Program-made: the position numbers and the translations under genes
DNA from: Thermoplasmata archaeon
GTDB lineage: Archaea; Thermoplasmatota; Thermoplasmata; Lutacidiplasmatales; UBA184
Assembly: GCA_030040915.1 (NCBI GenBank)
Contig: JASHSI010000083.1
Location: 1-41,043 of the forward strand
DNA length: 41,043 nt
Reading direction: 5' to 3'
In this document: one piece after another, positions 19,643 to 28,002 of the stretch
Layout of the letters: each line of letters opens with the position of its first letter
How positions within the stretch are numbered: position 1 is the stretch's first letter
The notes under the pieces: generated by a model
Database searches by the model: none
The model's input: only the letters and a program-made list of their open reading frames with translations
What the model was told of the DNA's origin: nothing

Positions 19643-20025
19643 ACGACCCACCGCTTCTCGCCGGAGAGCGCGTAGTAGATCCCGGCGAGTGCCAAGAGGG
19701 TGAAGACGACGGCGATGAAGACCGGGTACTCCGCGTCGTTCACTCCGCGGAAGGTAAGGGCCCAGAGGGCCAAGATGAAGCCAAGGACGTCGACCGCCAC
19801 GAAGACGATCGCGAAGGTGTAGTGCTGGGTCGGGAAATCGATTTGCGCCTCCCCCTCGGCCTCCTCGCCGCACTCGTAGGTCTCGAGCCTCAGGTAGGAG
19901 CGTCGGGCCTTCGCGCCGAGCGTCCGGTTCGCGATGATCGAGCCGACCCCGAACGCTGCGGCGATGGCGAGGAACACGAGGAAGGTCTCGATGTCCGCAG
20001 CCCCCATGCTCGTCCCCGCTTCCAC
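19639..20025 (-). CDS. nuoA: NADH-quinone oxidoreductase subunit A
   Basis: 3-TM protein containing YECGE, first gene of the cluster. Start is GTG 20025 or ATG 20007. Confidence 0.85.
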   Translation of the reverse strand: MEAGTSMGAADIETFLVFLAIAAAFGVGSIIANRTLGAKARRSYLRLETYECGEEAEGEAQIDFPTQHYTFAIVFVAVDVLGFILALWALTFRGVNDAEYPVFIAVVFTLLALAGIYYALSGEKRWVV

Positions 20026-20061
20026 TGACGTTGGAAGCGATTCGATAGGACCAACGCACGG

Positions 20062-20068
20062 TATTTAA
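20062..20068 (-). promoter_or_regulatory. TATA box (TTAAATA on minus) of the nuo operon
   Basis: Strongest AT-rich element in the 164-nt spacer, centred 40 nt upstream of GTG 20025. Confidence 0.45.
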
Positions 20069-20126
20069 CGGTCGCTTGGGGAGCGCCGCCCGGCTCGGCG
20101 GGAGCGGGTGATTTATCGTCGAGGAA

Positions 20127-20173
20127 CCGCGCTCCGGGGCCGCCCGGCGGCGCCCCAAGGACGCGGAGCGCGG
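20127..20173 (-). terminator. 10-bp perfect inverted repeat (ccgcgctccg / cggagcgcgg) with a 27-nt GC-rich loop
   Basis: Read directly. It lies 17-63 nt downstream of the crotonase-family stop (20190) and upstream of the nuo TATA. Confidence 0.3.
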
Positions 20174-20189
20174 GGCCGGTGAGGCGACC

Positions 20190-21002
20190 CTACTTCGGGC
20201 GATGGAATTCGGGCTTGCGCTTCTCGCGGAACGCCTGGATCCCCTCGGGCAACTCGGAGCGCCGGGCCGCCTCGACGGCCCCGCGGCGTTCGAGGGCGAG
20301 CTGGCCCTCGAGGGACTCGGAGAAGGCGCTCAGCATGAGCCGTTTCATCCAGCCGTAGGCGAACGTCGGTCCGCCGGCGAGCTCCCGCGCGCGTGCGAGG
20401 CTCCTCGGCCCGAGCTCCGCCGCGGGAACGACCTCGTGGAGGAGGCCCAGTTCGCGGGCACGGGCCGCGGGGATCCGGGCGTTGGTGAACAGCACCTCCT
20501 GGGCGAGGCCGATTCCGAGGTAGTGGGGCAGGAAGTAGGTGAGGCCGCCGTCCGGGACCGCCCCGAGCCCGGGAAACGCCGGCACCAGGCGGGCCGACTC
20601 AGATGCGATTCGCCAGTCCGCGGCGAGCGCGAGGGACAGGCCGCCCCCGGCGGCGACGCCGGGAAGGGCCGCGACGACGGGCTTCGGCATCGTGAGGATC
20701 TCCCGGACCGACAGCTCCTGCTCGCCGGTCAGTTCGTGGAAGAGGGTGGGCAGGTCCCCGCTGAGGCGTGCGCGTTCCATCGACTCGAGGTCGCCGCCGG
20801 CGCAGAACGCTTCCCCACTTCCGGTGAGCACCACGGCACGGACCTCGGCGTCGAGAGCGGCCGTCTGCAAAGCCTCCCGTACCGCGCGGAAGGACGGGAC
20901 ATCCAGGGCGTTCAGGCGCTCGGGTCGATGGATCGTGATTTCTTTGACCGGGCCGTCCCTCCGGACGGCGACCGGGCCCGGAGTGCCCGCGCCCCCGGTC
21001 AC
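20190..21002 (-). CDS. enoyl-CoA hydratase/isomerase (crotonase) family protein, non-canonical active site
   Basis: [12 protein letters not shown] oxyanion motif and [16 protein letters not shown] start overlaps the SPFH stop (GTGA). N-terminus ...[23 protein letters not shown] matches the family start. Confidence 0.85.
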   Translation of the reverse strand: MTGGAGTPGPVAVRRDGPVKEITIHRPERLNALDVPSFRAVREALQTAALDAEVRAVVLTGSGEAFCAGGDLESMERARLSGDLPTLFHELTGEQELSVREILTMPKPVVAALPGVAAGGGLSLALAADWRIASESARLVPAFPGLGAVPDGGLTYFLPHYLGIGLAQEVLFTNARIPAARARELGLLHEVVPAAELGPRSLARARELAGGPTFAYGWMKRLMLSAFSESLEGQLALERRGAVEAARRSELPEGIQAFREKRKPEFHRPK

Positions 21003-22315
21003 GGTGGGGGGGTCTTCTTGCGGGCCGAGGGGTCCTGGGGGGGCGCGGAGGGCGGAGGTGGAAGTCCGGGTCCCGCCGCGGTCGTCATCGAGGGAGGAGC
21101 GGTCGGGGCGGAGAGCCCGGGCGGGGCGGCCCGCGACGACGCCGGGGGTGCGGGGACCGTGGCGCGTCCTCCGGGGGTGTCGGAAACATCCGAGTCGTCG
21201 AGATCGGGCGGGGGGACGAGATCGGCCCCGCGCGACCCCGCACCTCCGCGGTCGACCATGTTGGTCGAGCTTTCGGACTCGGCCTTGATCTCCTCCTCGA
21301 TCGACTTGATCTCGGTCATGAGCTCCTCCTGCCGCGGGATCGGGCCCAAGATGTCGTCCATCGTTCCGATCTGCTTCTCCAGGTCGGGGAGCGCGTTCAG
21401 GCTGCGATCGGGTACGGTCCTCGAGGTCCCGAGGTACTCCGAGGCGCCCTCCATCAGGCGCGAGAACTCGAACGGGAAGAGGATCTTGGTCGCCTGCCCC
21501 TCGCCGAGCTGGCCGATCGTGTCGAGAGAGATGACGGTGAGGGCCTTGGCATCCAACGTCCCCGCCCCCAGCGCGAGGATCCGCAACCGCTGGGCCTCCC
21601 CCTGGGCCTCGAGGATGGTGGCGACCCGCGCGCCCTCGGCCTCGAGGATCTTCGACTGGCGCACCCCCTCGGCCTGCAGGATGCGGGAACGCTTCTGCCC
21701 CTCGGACACGAGGATGGCGGAGCGCTTCTCCCCGTCGGCGCGAAGGACGGCGGCCCGGCGCTGGCGCTCGGCCGCCGTCTGCTCTTCCATCGCGGCCTTG
21801 ACCGGGCCGACCGGGTCGACCTCCTTGATCTCGACCGCCTCGACGCGCACGCCCCACCGGTCGGTCGACTCGTCGAGGATGTCGCGGAGCCGGGTGTTGA
21901 TCCGCTCTCGGTTGTAGAGGACCTCGTCGAGCTCCATGTCGCCGATGACGGACCGCAGGGTCGTCTGGGCGAGGGCGACCGTGGCGACGTGGTAGTCCTG
22001 GACCTGGAACAGCGCCTTCGGCGAGTCGACGACCTTGATGTAGATGATGGCGTCGACGTTGGTCGGCGAGTTGTCCTTGGTGATGACCTCCTGGCGCGGG
22101 ACCTCGAGGACCTGCGTCCGCAGGTCGACCTTCAACACCTGGGCGATCGGGGAGATACGGTTGAGCCCCGGATTGATCGTCCGCTGGTAGCTCCCGAGCC
22201 GGGTAACGACCCCTTGCTGATAGGGGAGGATCTGGTAGAGGGCCCGACTCAGGTAGACGATGAGGATGACGAGGACGACGAATACGATGAATACGATCGC
22301 TACGACGTCGGTCAT
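20999..22315 (-). CDS. SPFH/band-7 (stomatin-like) protein with a long Pro-rich C-terminal tail
   Basis: N-terminal TM, PYQQGVVTRLGSYQRT, LRSVIGDMELDEVL, WGVRVEAVEIKEV and coiled coil AERQRRAAVLRADGEKRSAIL. ATG 22315 is preferred over TTG 22330. Confidence 0.88.
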   Translation of the reverse strand: MTDVVAIVFIVFVVLVILIVYLSRALYQILPYQQGVVTRLGSYQRTINPGLNRISPIAQVLKVDLRTQVLEVPRQEVITKDNSPTNVDAIIYIKVVDSPKALFQVQDYHVATVALAQTTLRSVIGDMELDEVLYNRERINTRLRDILDESTDRWGVRVEAVEIKEVDPVGPVKAAMEEQTAAERQRRAAVLRADGEKRSAILVSEGQKRSRILQAEGVRQSKILEAEGARVATILEAQGEAQRLRILALGAGTLDAKALTVISLDTIGQLGEGQATKILFPFEFSRLMEGASEYLGTSRTVPDRSLNALPDLEKQIGTMDDILGPIPRQEELMTEIKSIEEEIKAESESSTNMVDRGGAGSRGADLVPPPDLDDSDVSDTPGGRATVPAPPASSRAAPPGLSAPTAPPSMTTAAGPGLPPPPSAPPQDPSARKKTPPP

Positions 22316-22503
22316 CCGATCCCGAACCAAGCCCTCCGATAGGTTCGATCGAGGGCGAGCCAGCGACCCTACATAGCGCCGGCGACCTTCGCAAGGCGTC
22401 GCGCGATCGAGCGCGCCAGCCGCCGCTCAACCGGCCCTCCGGCCCGACCGGAGTCGCCCGGACCGCGGTACGAGACCGCGGGGACGAAGGTGGCGTGCTC
22501 CGG

Positions 22504-23043
22504 TCACCGGTCCGGCCGAAGCGGAGCGCCGGCGGCCGACCCGATTGGCTCGACCTCCCTCAGCTCGGCGGCAACCACTTGGACGCCCCACGCCCTCGTG
22601 GACTGGTCGAGGGTGTCCCGTGCGCGCGAATCGATCCCGAGCCGGTCGGCGAGGATATCGTCGAGCTTCACTCCTCCGAGGAGGGCCTGGAACGTGGACT
22701 GGGTGAGGTCGATCACCGCTTGCCTGTAATTTGCGGCCGCGAAGACCGCTTTGACCGGGTCCACGACCTTGATGGTGACGGCGGCATCGACGCGGGCTCG
22801 CGTCCGGTCTTGCGTGATGACCTCTTGCCGCGGGACCGCGAGCACCTGCGCCCGCACGTCGACCTTCGCCACGTAGGCGATTGGCGAGATCGGGTTGAAT
22901 CTCGTCCTCTGGTACCGTCCGAGCCTGGTAACGACCCCCTGCTGATAGGGAAGGATCTGGACGAAGGACCGGCTCAGGACGACGACGAAGACGACCAAGG
23001 CCATGACTACCACGACCGCCAGGTAGTCCGACGTACCATCCAC
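22504..23043 (-). CDS. short SPFH-domain paralogue (179 aa; ends right after the SPFH core)
   Basis: ILPYQQGVVTRLGRYQRT, QVLAVPRQEVITQD and WGVQVVAAELREVEP parallel the downstream long paralogue. The coiled-coil region is missing. Confidence 0.75.
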   Translation of the reverse strand: MDGTSDYLAVVVVMALVVFVVVLSRSFVQILPYQQGVVTRLGRYQRTRFNPISPIAYVAKVDVRAQVLAVPRQEVITQDRTRARVDAAVTIKVVDPVKAVFAAANYRQAVIDLTQSTFQALLGGVKLDDILADRLGIDSRARDTLDQSTRAWGVQVVAAELREVEPIGSAAGAPLRPDR

Positions 23044-23154
23044 CCCGGACCCCGGTGGAGGGCCGGTCGGGCCGAACCTCCCAGGCTACTTATCCGTGGG
23101 GAAACGGCGGAACGGACGTCCTCGGAGCTCGCTCGAACCGGGGGTCCGGTCGGG

Positions 23155-23634
23155 TCAGTCCGACGGCCTCGGAGGGGTCGGGTCGACGGGTTCGACGCGA
23201 AGGGAGACTCCTTCCCCGTGGACCACCCGGACATGGGTGCCCGCCGGGATTGGCTGGTCGGCGATCGCCGACCAGATCTCGGATCGGATGCGGACCTTCC
23301 CCTTGAGCGTGTGCGGGACGACGGCCACCGTGACGATCGCCGATTCCCCGATCAGGCCCGCGGTCGTCGTGCTCATCGGTTTGGTGGGTTTGCCAATCCA
23401 CAGCAGGTAGCGCATCTCGATCAGAGTCGCTCCGATCGCCACTAGGATCACGATGATCGGCCCGAGGATGCTGTCGAGGAGGACGTCGGGGAGGAGCAGG
23501 TAGAGGAACCCCGCGACCATCAGGATCGTTCCCGGGATGAACAACAGGACGCCGGGATGGGCGAGCTCCAATGCGAGGAGGATGATCCCGATGACCACGA
23601 TCGCGATGCCGAACGGCACGTCGACGCTGACCAT
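23155..23634 (-). CDS. NfeD-family membrane protein (short form, no protease domain)
   Basis: About 3 N-terminal TM helices plus a C-terminal OB-like segment GESAIVTVAVVPHTLKGKVRIRSEIWSAIADQPIPAGTHVRVVHGEGVSLRVEP. Classic position upstream of SPFH genes. Confidence 0.8.
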   Translation of the reverse strand: MVSVDVPFGIAIVVIGIILLALELAHPGVLLFIPGTILMVAGFLYLLLPDVLLDSILGPIIVILVAIGATLIEMRYLLWIGKPTKPMSTTTAGLIGESAIVTVAVVPHTLKGKVRIRSEIWSAIADQPIPAGTHVRVVHGEGVSLRVEPVDPTPPRPSD

Positions 23635-23662
23635 GGGCCCCGGCGGCGTACGACCCGCCGCG

Positions 23663-23670
23663 CATTAAAA
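23663..23670 (-). promoter_or_regulatory. TATA box (TTTTAATG on minus) of the NfeD-SPFH operon
   Basis: Centred about 32 nt upstream of ATG 23634, implying a near-leaderless mRNA. Confidence 0.45.
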
Positions 23671-23714
23671 CGTCGACGGCAGGGGCCCCGACGTCACTGG
23701 GCCGGAGCGCCCGG

Positions 23715-24284
23715 CTATCGGATGTACTGCGCCGTCGACGCGAGGTCGAACCGAGGGACGATGCGCAGGTGGGTCCCCCGGCCGCGCGGCGCCTGCTGGA
23801 GGAACGGGTAGAGCCGCCATAGGTCCCCCTCCGCCATCCGGGTCGCCGGGTGTTCCGGGCCGAACGCGAGCCGGGCGACCCGGGCCGTCGCCGGACGGAC
23901 CTCCTGCTCCGAAAGGTAGCCGAGCGTGTGGAGGTACTCGTGGGCAAGGATCACGAAGACGAACGAGTTGAACTCCCTCGGGGATCGGGCGTTCTGTCGC
24001 ATCGTCTCGACGAGGCCCTCGTTCATCACGATGAGGTTCCCGGTGACCGGCCAGTACGCCCCGAGCCCGGGCGGCAGGTCGGAGAGAGCGAGCCCGAGCC
24101 CGGTCCGCTCCAGGCCGAACGTCCTGCGAGCGGCGTCGCGGACAACGCCAAACACCTGGTCATAGGTCATCCCGCCATCCAGCGCGCCGGCGAGCGGACC
24201 CGGGGCCCCCGGGCCTGCGGCCGGGATCCGGCCCCGAGTCGGCGGAGCGGGCCCCACGTCGGAAATCGACCAACCCAGCATCAC
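23715..24284 (-). CDS. putative small zinc metallopeptidase (HExxH)
   Basis: VILAHEYLHTLGY motif. Start is GTG 24284 or ATG 24281, with a TATA-like box about 26 nt upstream. An alternative internal ATG is at 24170. Confidence 0.6.
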   Translation of the reverse strand: MMLGWSISDVGPAPPTRGRIPAAGPGAPGPLAGALDGGMTYDQVFGVVRDAARRTFGLERTGLGLALSDLPPGLGAYWPVTGNLIVMNEGLVETMRQNARSPREFNSFVFVILAHEYLHTLGYLSEQEVRPATARVARLAFGPEHPATRMAEGDLWRLYPFLQQAPRGRGTHLRIVPRFDLASTAQYIR

Positions 24285-24306
24285 CCCAGGAACGGTCGCC
24301 GGGCCT

Positions 24307-24314
24307 GATATACT
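24307..24314 (-). promoter_or_regulatory. TATA-like box (AGTATATC on minus) for the HExxH gene
   Basis: Centre at 24310, start codon at 24284/24281, so the mRNA would be leaderless. Confidence 0.4.
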
Positions 24315-24380
24315 CCCGATAACCGGCGGGTAACTATCGCTCTCGCTTCACCCTTCGGTCGCGGCCCGTCGGCCGGGGAT

Positions 24381-24387
24381 TCTTAAG
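24381..24387 (+). promoter_or_regulatory. TATA-like box (TCTTAAG) for the rio1-KH-priS unit
   Basis: Centre at 24384, ATG at 24418. Confidence 0.4.
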
Positions 24388-24417
24388 GGAGGAGCCCCGC
24401 TGGCCCCCCGTTGATCG

Positions 24418-25200
24418 ATGCCGGACATGGAGGAGCTCCTCTATCCGACCAAGAAGGAGCGGGTCGAGGACCGCCGGAAGGAGCAGCGGCACCGCAAGCT
24501 CCAGGACGAGTTCTTCGATCACCCCACGCTGACGACGATCTCCCGCCTGATCACCCAAGGCCAGTTCGAGTCGATCGACTATCCGATCTCGACCGGAAAG
24601 GAGGGGGGCGTCTTCCGCGCAACCCTCCCCGGAGGGTTCCGGGCGGTGAAGGTTTACCGGATAGGGAACACGATCTTCAAGCGACTCCCCCCGGCCGTGC
24701 TCGAGGACCTCATCCGCGAGGCCGGGGCCCACCAAAGGGCCCGACTGGTCTTCGCGTGGGCGAGGCGCGAACACACGATCCTTAGGAAGCTCGCCGCCGC
24801 CCAGGTCCGCTGCCCCGAGCCGTACGGTTACCTGCGGAACGTCCTCGTGATGGAGTTCATCGGCACGGACGGGGTCCCGGCCGCCACGCTGCAGGAGATG
24901 GTCGTCGAGGACCCTGGCGGGCTCTATGAGGAGCTCGTCGAGCAGATCCGACGGATGGTCCACAACGCCGAGCTCGTGCACGGCGACCTTTCCCCTTACA
25001 ACTTGCTCCTCTGGGAGGGGAAGCCCGTGTTCATCGACGTAGGGCAATCGATCCCCTCGGCCCACCCTGAGGCGAGCGGCCTCCTCGCCCGCGACGTCGC
25101 GACGCTCGCGAAGTTCTTTGGGCGGTGGGGCGTCGACACCTCTCCCGAAGCGATGCTCGAGTCGATCGGGCCGATCCGGTCGGCGTCGGAGGCGGCGTAG
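24418..25200 (+). CDS. rio1: RIO-type serine/threonine protein kinase (Rio1-like)
   Basis: STGKEGGVFRA P-loop, VKVYR, HGDLSPYNLLL and FIDVGQS. Confidence 0.9.
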   Translation: MPDMEELLYPTKKERVEDRRKEQRHRKLQDEFFDHPTLTTISRLITQGQFESIDYPISTGKEGGVFRATLPGGFRAVKVYRIGNTIFKRLPPAVLEDLIREAGAHQRARLVFAWARREHTILRKLAAAQVRCPEPYGYLRNVLVMEFIGTDGVPAATLQEMVVEDPGGLYEELVEQIRRMVHNAELVHGDLSPYNLLLWEGKPVFIDVGQSIPSAHPEASGLLARDVATLAKFFGRWGVDTSPEAMLESIGPIRSASEAA

Positions 25201-25203
25201 CCG

Positions 25204-25779
25204 ATGCCGGTCCTCCACCTTCGTCTCCCCGAGGACCGGATCGGGGCGGCGATCGGCCGCGGCGGGTCGACGAAGCGGGCGATCGAGGCCGCGACCTCGA
25301 CGAAGATCGAGGTCGACCCGGAGGAGGGGGACTTCCGGATCTCCGCGCCCGACGCCGGAGGGGCGATGGACGCGATCCGAGCGCGGGACATGTTGCTCGC
25401 GATCGGTCGCGGGTTCTCTCCGGAGCGGGCCCGTCGGCTCCTCCGGGACGGCACCTACCTCGCGGTGATCGACATCAAGCTCGTCAGCGGCAAGAAGGGC
25501 CGCGACCAGCTTTGGCGGATCCGATCCCGCCTCATCGGCGCCCAGGGGAAGGCGCGGGCCCGGATCGAGGAGCTCTCGGGGTGCTCGGTGAGCGTCTACG
25601 GTTCGACCGTGGCCCTCATCGGGGACGAGAGGGAGCTCCACCGCGCGGTCGAGGCGGTGGAACTTCTCCTCCACGGGAGCGAGCACTCCACGGTCTTCCA
25701 CTGGCTCGCCCGCCAACGCCGCGAGGACGGACGGGAGGACGCGCTCGCCCCGCTCCCGATCGACGAGGGGCCCGACTAG
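25204..25779 (+). CDS. KH-domain RNA-binding protein (archaeal Dim2/Pno1-like)
   Basis: Two KH GxxG loops (IGRGGSTKRAIE, IGAQGKARARIE), in the conserved position next to rio1. Confidence 0.8.
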   Translation: MPVLHLRLPEDRIGAAIGRGGSTKRAIEAATSTKIEVDPEEGDFRISAPDAGGAMDAIRARDMLLAIGRGFSPERARRLLRDGTYLAVIDIKLVSGKKGRDQLWRIRSRLIGAQGKARARIEELSGCSVSVYGSTVALIGDERELHRAVEAVELLLHGSEHSTVFHWLARQRREDGREDALAPLPIDEGPD

Positions 25780-25785
25780 GGACCG

Positions 25786-26991
25786 ATGGCGAAGATCGTA
25801 CCCCTGGCCGAGCGCGAGCTCGCCTGGGCGCGGGGACGGTTCGCCGAGTACTACGGACGCGTGCGGGTCCCCCCACCCCCGGTACTCCCCCGGCGCGAGT
25901 TCGCCGCGTTCCCCTTCGCCGAAGGGACGTCGATGCGGCGGCACGCGGCGCTGCCGACCGAATCGGAGTTCCGGCAGTTCCTGACCGGCTTCCTCCCGCG
26001 GCACGTCTACTACTCGTCGGCCTACTACGCCGAGCCGGACCATCCCACGATGGCGTCCAAGGAGTGGCTCGGCGCCGACCTCATCTTCGACCTCGACGCG
26101 GACCACCTCAAGGGCGCCGAGTCGATGTCCTACGCCCAGCAGCTCGCCCTCGTCAAGCGCCAGCTGGTGCGGCTCTACGACGACTTCCTCCTCCGCGACT
26201 TCGGCATCGACCCCGCCCAGGCGCAGATCGTCTTCAGCGGCGGCCGCGGCTACCACGTCCATGTCCGCGAGGAGCGAATGCGCGGCCTGTCGAGCCCCGA
26301 ACGCCGCGAGCTCGTCGATTACCTCGCCGGCACCGAGTTCGACACCGCGAGCGTCATCGTCGAGGAGCGGCACAAGGACGTGGCGGGCCTCCCCGCCCGG
26401 ACCTTCCGCCGTCTCGCCGGTCCGGCCGCCCCCGGTTGGCCCGGGCGCGCGACCCGGGGGCTCTTCGAGACGTTCGAGCGCTGGAGGGCCCAAGGGACCG
26501 AGGCGGCGGCCGCCGAGCTCATCGCCCAGGGGATCGAGCGCCGGGCGGCCCGCCAGCTCGCCAAAACCCTCGTCGAGGAGGGCGGCGCGGCGGGGATCGA
26601 ACGGACGCTCCGGCTCGATGGTTCGAGCGAGAAGCTCTCGACCGAGCTCTTCCGGCACGTCCTCAAGGGGGCGGCGCTCCAGATGCAGGGGGAGACCGAC
26701 GCTCCGGTCACGACCGACATCCACCGGCTGATCCGGCTCCCGGGCTCCCTGCACGGCGGGACGGGCCTCAAGGTGCAGCCGATCCCCCGGGAGGAGGTCG
26801 AACGGTTCGACCCGTTCCGCGACGCGCTCGCCCCGGTCGGACCGGCCGGCCCGGTGGAGGTCGTGCTGAAGGGGACGGTCGACCACCCGTTCGATCCGCC
26901 GGTCCGAGGCACCGCGGGCGAGAAGGTCGCCGTGAGCGGCCCGGTCGGCCTCTTCCTGGTGCTCAGGGGGGAAGCGGAGCTTCCGGCTTGA
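25786..26991 (+). CDS. priS: DNA primase small (catalytic) subunit
   Basis: DLIFDLDADH (catalytic DxD) and FSGGRGYHVHV. Confidence 0.9.
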   Translation: MAKIVPLAERELAWARGRFAEYYGRVRVPPPPVLPRREFAAFPFAEGTSMRRHAALPTESEFRQFLTGFLPRHVYYSSAYYAEPDHPTMASKEWLGADLIFDLDADHLKGAESMSYAQQLALVKRQLVRLYDDFLLRDFGIDPAQAQIVFSGGRGYHVHVREERMRGLSSPERRELVDYLAGTEFDTASVIVEERHKDVAGLPARTFRRLAGPAAPGWPGRATRGLFETFERWRAQGTEAAAAELIAQGIERRAARQLAKTLVEEGGAAGIERTLRLDGSSEKLSTELFRHVLKGAALQMQGETDAPVTTDIHRLIRLPGSLHGGTGLKVQPIPREEVERFDPFRDALAPVGPAGPVEVVLKGTVDHPFDPPVRGTAGEKVAVSGPVGLFLVLRGEAELPA

Positions 26992-27940
26992 CGGGGACGA
27001 CGAGCCGCCCGATCTTCTCGATCGAGCCCTCGACCGCATCCCCGCCCTTGAGCTTCCTCGACTCGTTGCCGAACTCGTAGCCCGGGACGCCCCCGAGGCT
27101 CCCGAGCGAGATCAGGTCCCCCGGTTCGAGCGTGATCCCCTTCGTCAGGTGCTCGACCACCTGCGGGATCCGGAAGATGTAGTCCGACGTGTCGCCGGTC
27201 TGGCGGACCGTGCCCGCGACCTTGAGTTCCATTTTGAGCGGGTAGGGCTCCCCGACCTCCTCCTTCGGGACGATCCACGGCCCGACGGCCATGCTCGCGT
27301 CGAACCCCTTCCCCATCACCCAGTCGGTCCCGCCGGCGGCCGGGTACTGGAGGTCCCGGTAGCCCATGTCGAGAGCGACCGTGTAGCCGGCGACGTGCTC
27401 CATCGCCTGGGCCGCCTTCACGTGCTTCGCCTGTCGGCCGATCACGACGGCGAGCTCGAGCTCGACGTCCGGGAACGTCCCGGCGTGGTGGAGGACGAGC
27501 GGCTCCCCCGGCCCGACGAGGCTGTTGAAGAACCGGGCGAAGGTGAACGGCTGGGTCGGCGCGGGCTTCTTCTGCTCGGCGACGTGGGAGCGGGAGTTCG
27601 AGGCGAGGCAGTAGATCTTCGAGCCCGCGATCACCGGCGCGAGGAGCCGGACCCCCTCCTCCGCCTTGAACAGGAAGCGGGCGCCCGTGGCGGCCCTCGG
27701 GGTCCATCCCGCCTTGCGGCGCCGGTCGATGTACTCGAGGATCTTCCGCGTGATCTCGACCGACTCCGGACCCCCTTGGAAGAACGCCCGCATGTCGCGG
27801 AATCGCGAGGGGTCCGCCCCCTTCACCGGGTTCACGCCGAAGTAGTCCCGGCAGGCGGTGTCGAGGTCGAGGTACTCGTTCTGGTCGGTGACCATCCCGA
27901 AGTGGAACTGGTCGGCGAGCAGGAAGTGCACGAGGCGCAT
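26963..27940 (-). CDS. fumarylacetoacetate hydrolase (FAH) family protein (start re-called)
   Basis: VELELAVVIGRQ and GKGFDASMAVGPW. ATG 27940 (MRLVHFLL). The 3' end overlaps the priS 3' end by 29 nt. Confidence 0.85.
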   Translation of the reverse strand: MRLVHFLLADQFHFGMVTDQNEYLDLDTACRDYFGVNPVKGADPSRFRDMRAFFQGGPESVEITRKILEYIDRRRKAGWTPRAATGARFLFKAEEGVRLLAPVIAGSKIYCLASNSRSHVAEQKKPAPTQPFTFARFFNSLVGPGEPLVLHHAGTFPDVELELAVVIGRQAKHVKAAQAMEHVAGYTVALDMGYRDLQYPAAGGTDWVMGKGFDASMAVGPWIVPKEEVGEPYPLKMELKVAGTVRQTGDTSDYIFRIPQVVEHLTKGITLEPGDLISLGSLGGVPGYEFGNESRKLKGGDAVEGSIEKIGRLVVPVKPEAPLPP

Positions 27941-27974
27941 GGCCGGATTACCCGCCCCTCGACCCGTGCGAGGA

Positions 27975-27981
27975 GATAAAG
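27975..27981 (-). promoter_or_regulatory. TATA-like box (CTTTATC on minus) for the FAH gene
   Basis: Centre at 27978, ATG at 27940. Confidence 0.35.
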
Positions 27982-28002
27982 TGTCGGCGCGCGGGCGCAC
28001 GC

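Noticed and set aside
22332-22355. Hairpin (ccctccgat / atcgaggg, 7-nt loop) that would sequester a GGAGGG upstream of the long SPFH gene, considered as a translational switch.
   Set aside because: The GGAGGG lies 16 nt from ATG 22315, too far for a typical SD. The stem is short with a bulge. I cannot distinguish it from chance GC-rich pairing.
22331-22503. Possible frameshifted remnant of the missing coiled-coil part of the short SPFH paralogue in the 173-nt spacer.
   Set aside because: Manual translation of the minus-strand frames after the stop shows no resemblance to the AERQRRAAVLRADGEKR-type region of the long paralogue.
24334-27039. 901-aa minus-strand ORF, and the 651-aa plus alternative frame 25125..27080, spanning rio1, the KH gene and priS.
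   Set aside because: These are antisense or out-of-frame relative to three genes with clear family motifs. The composition is Arg/Pro/Gly/Glu-rich with no recognisable domain, so they are shadow ORFs.
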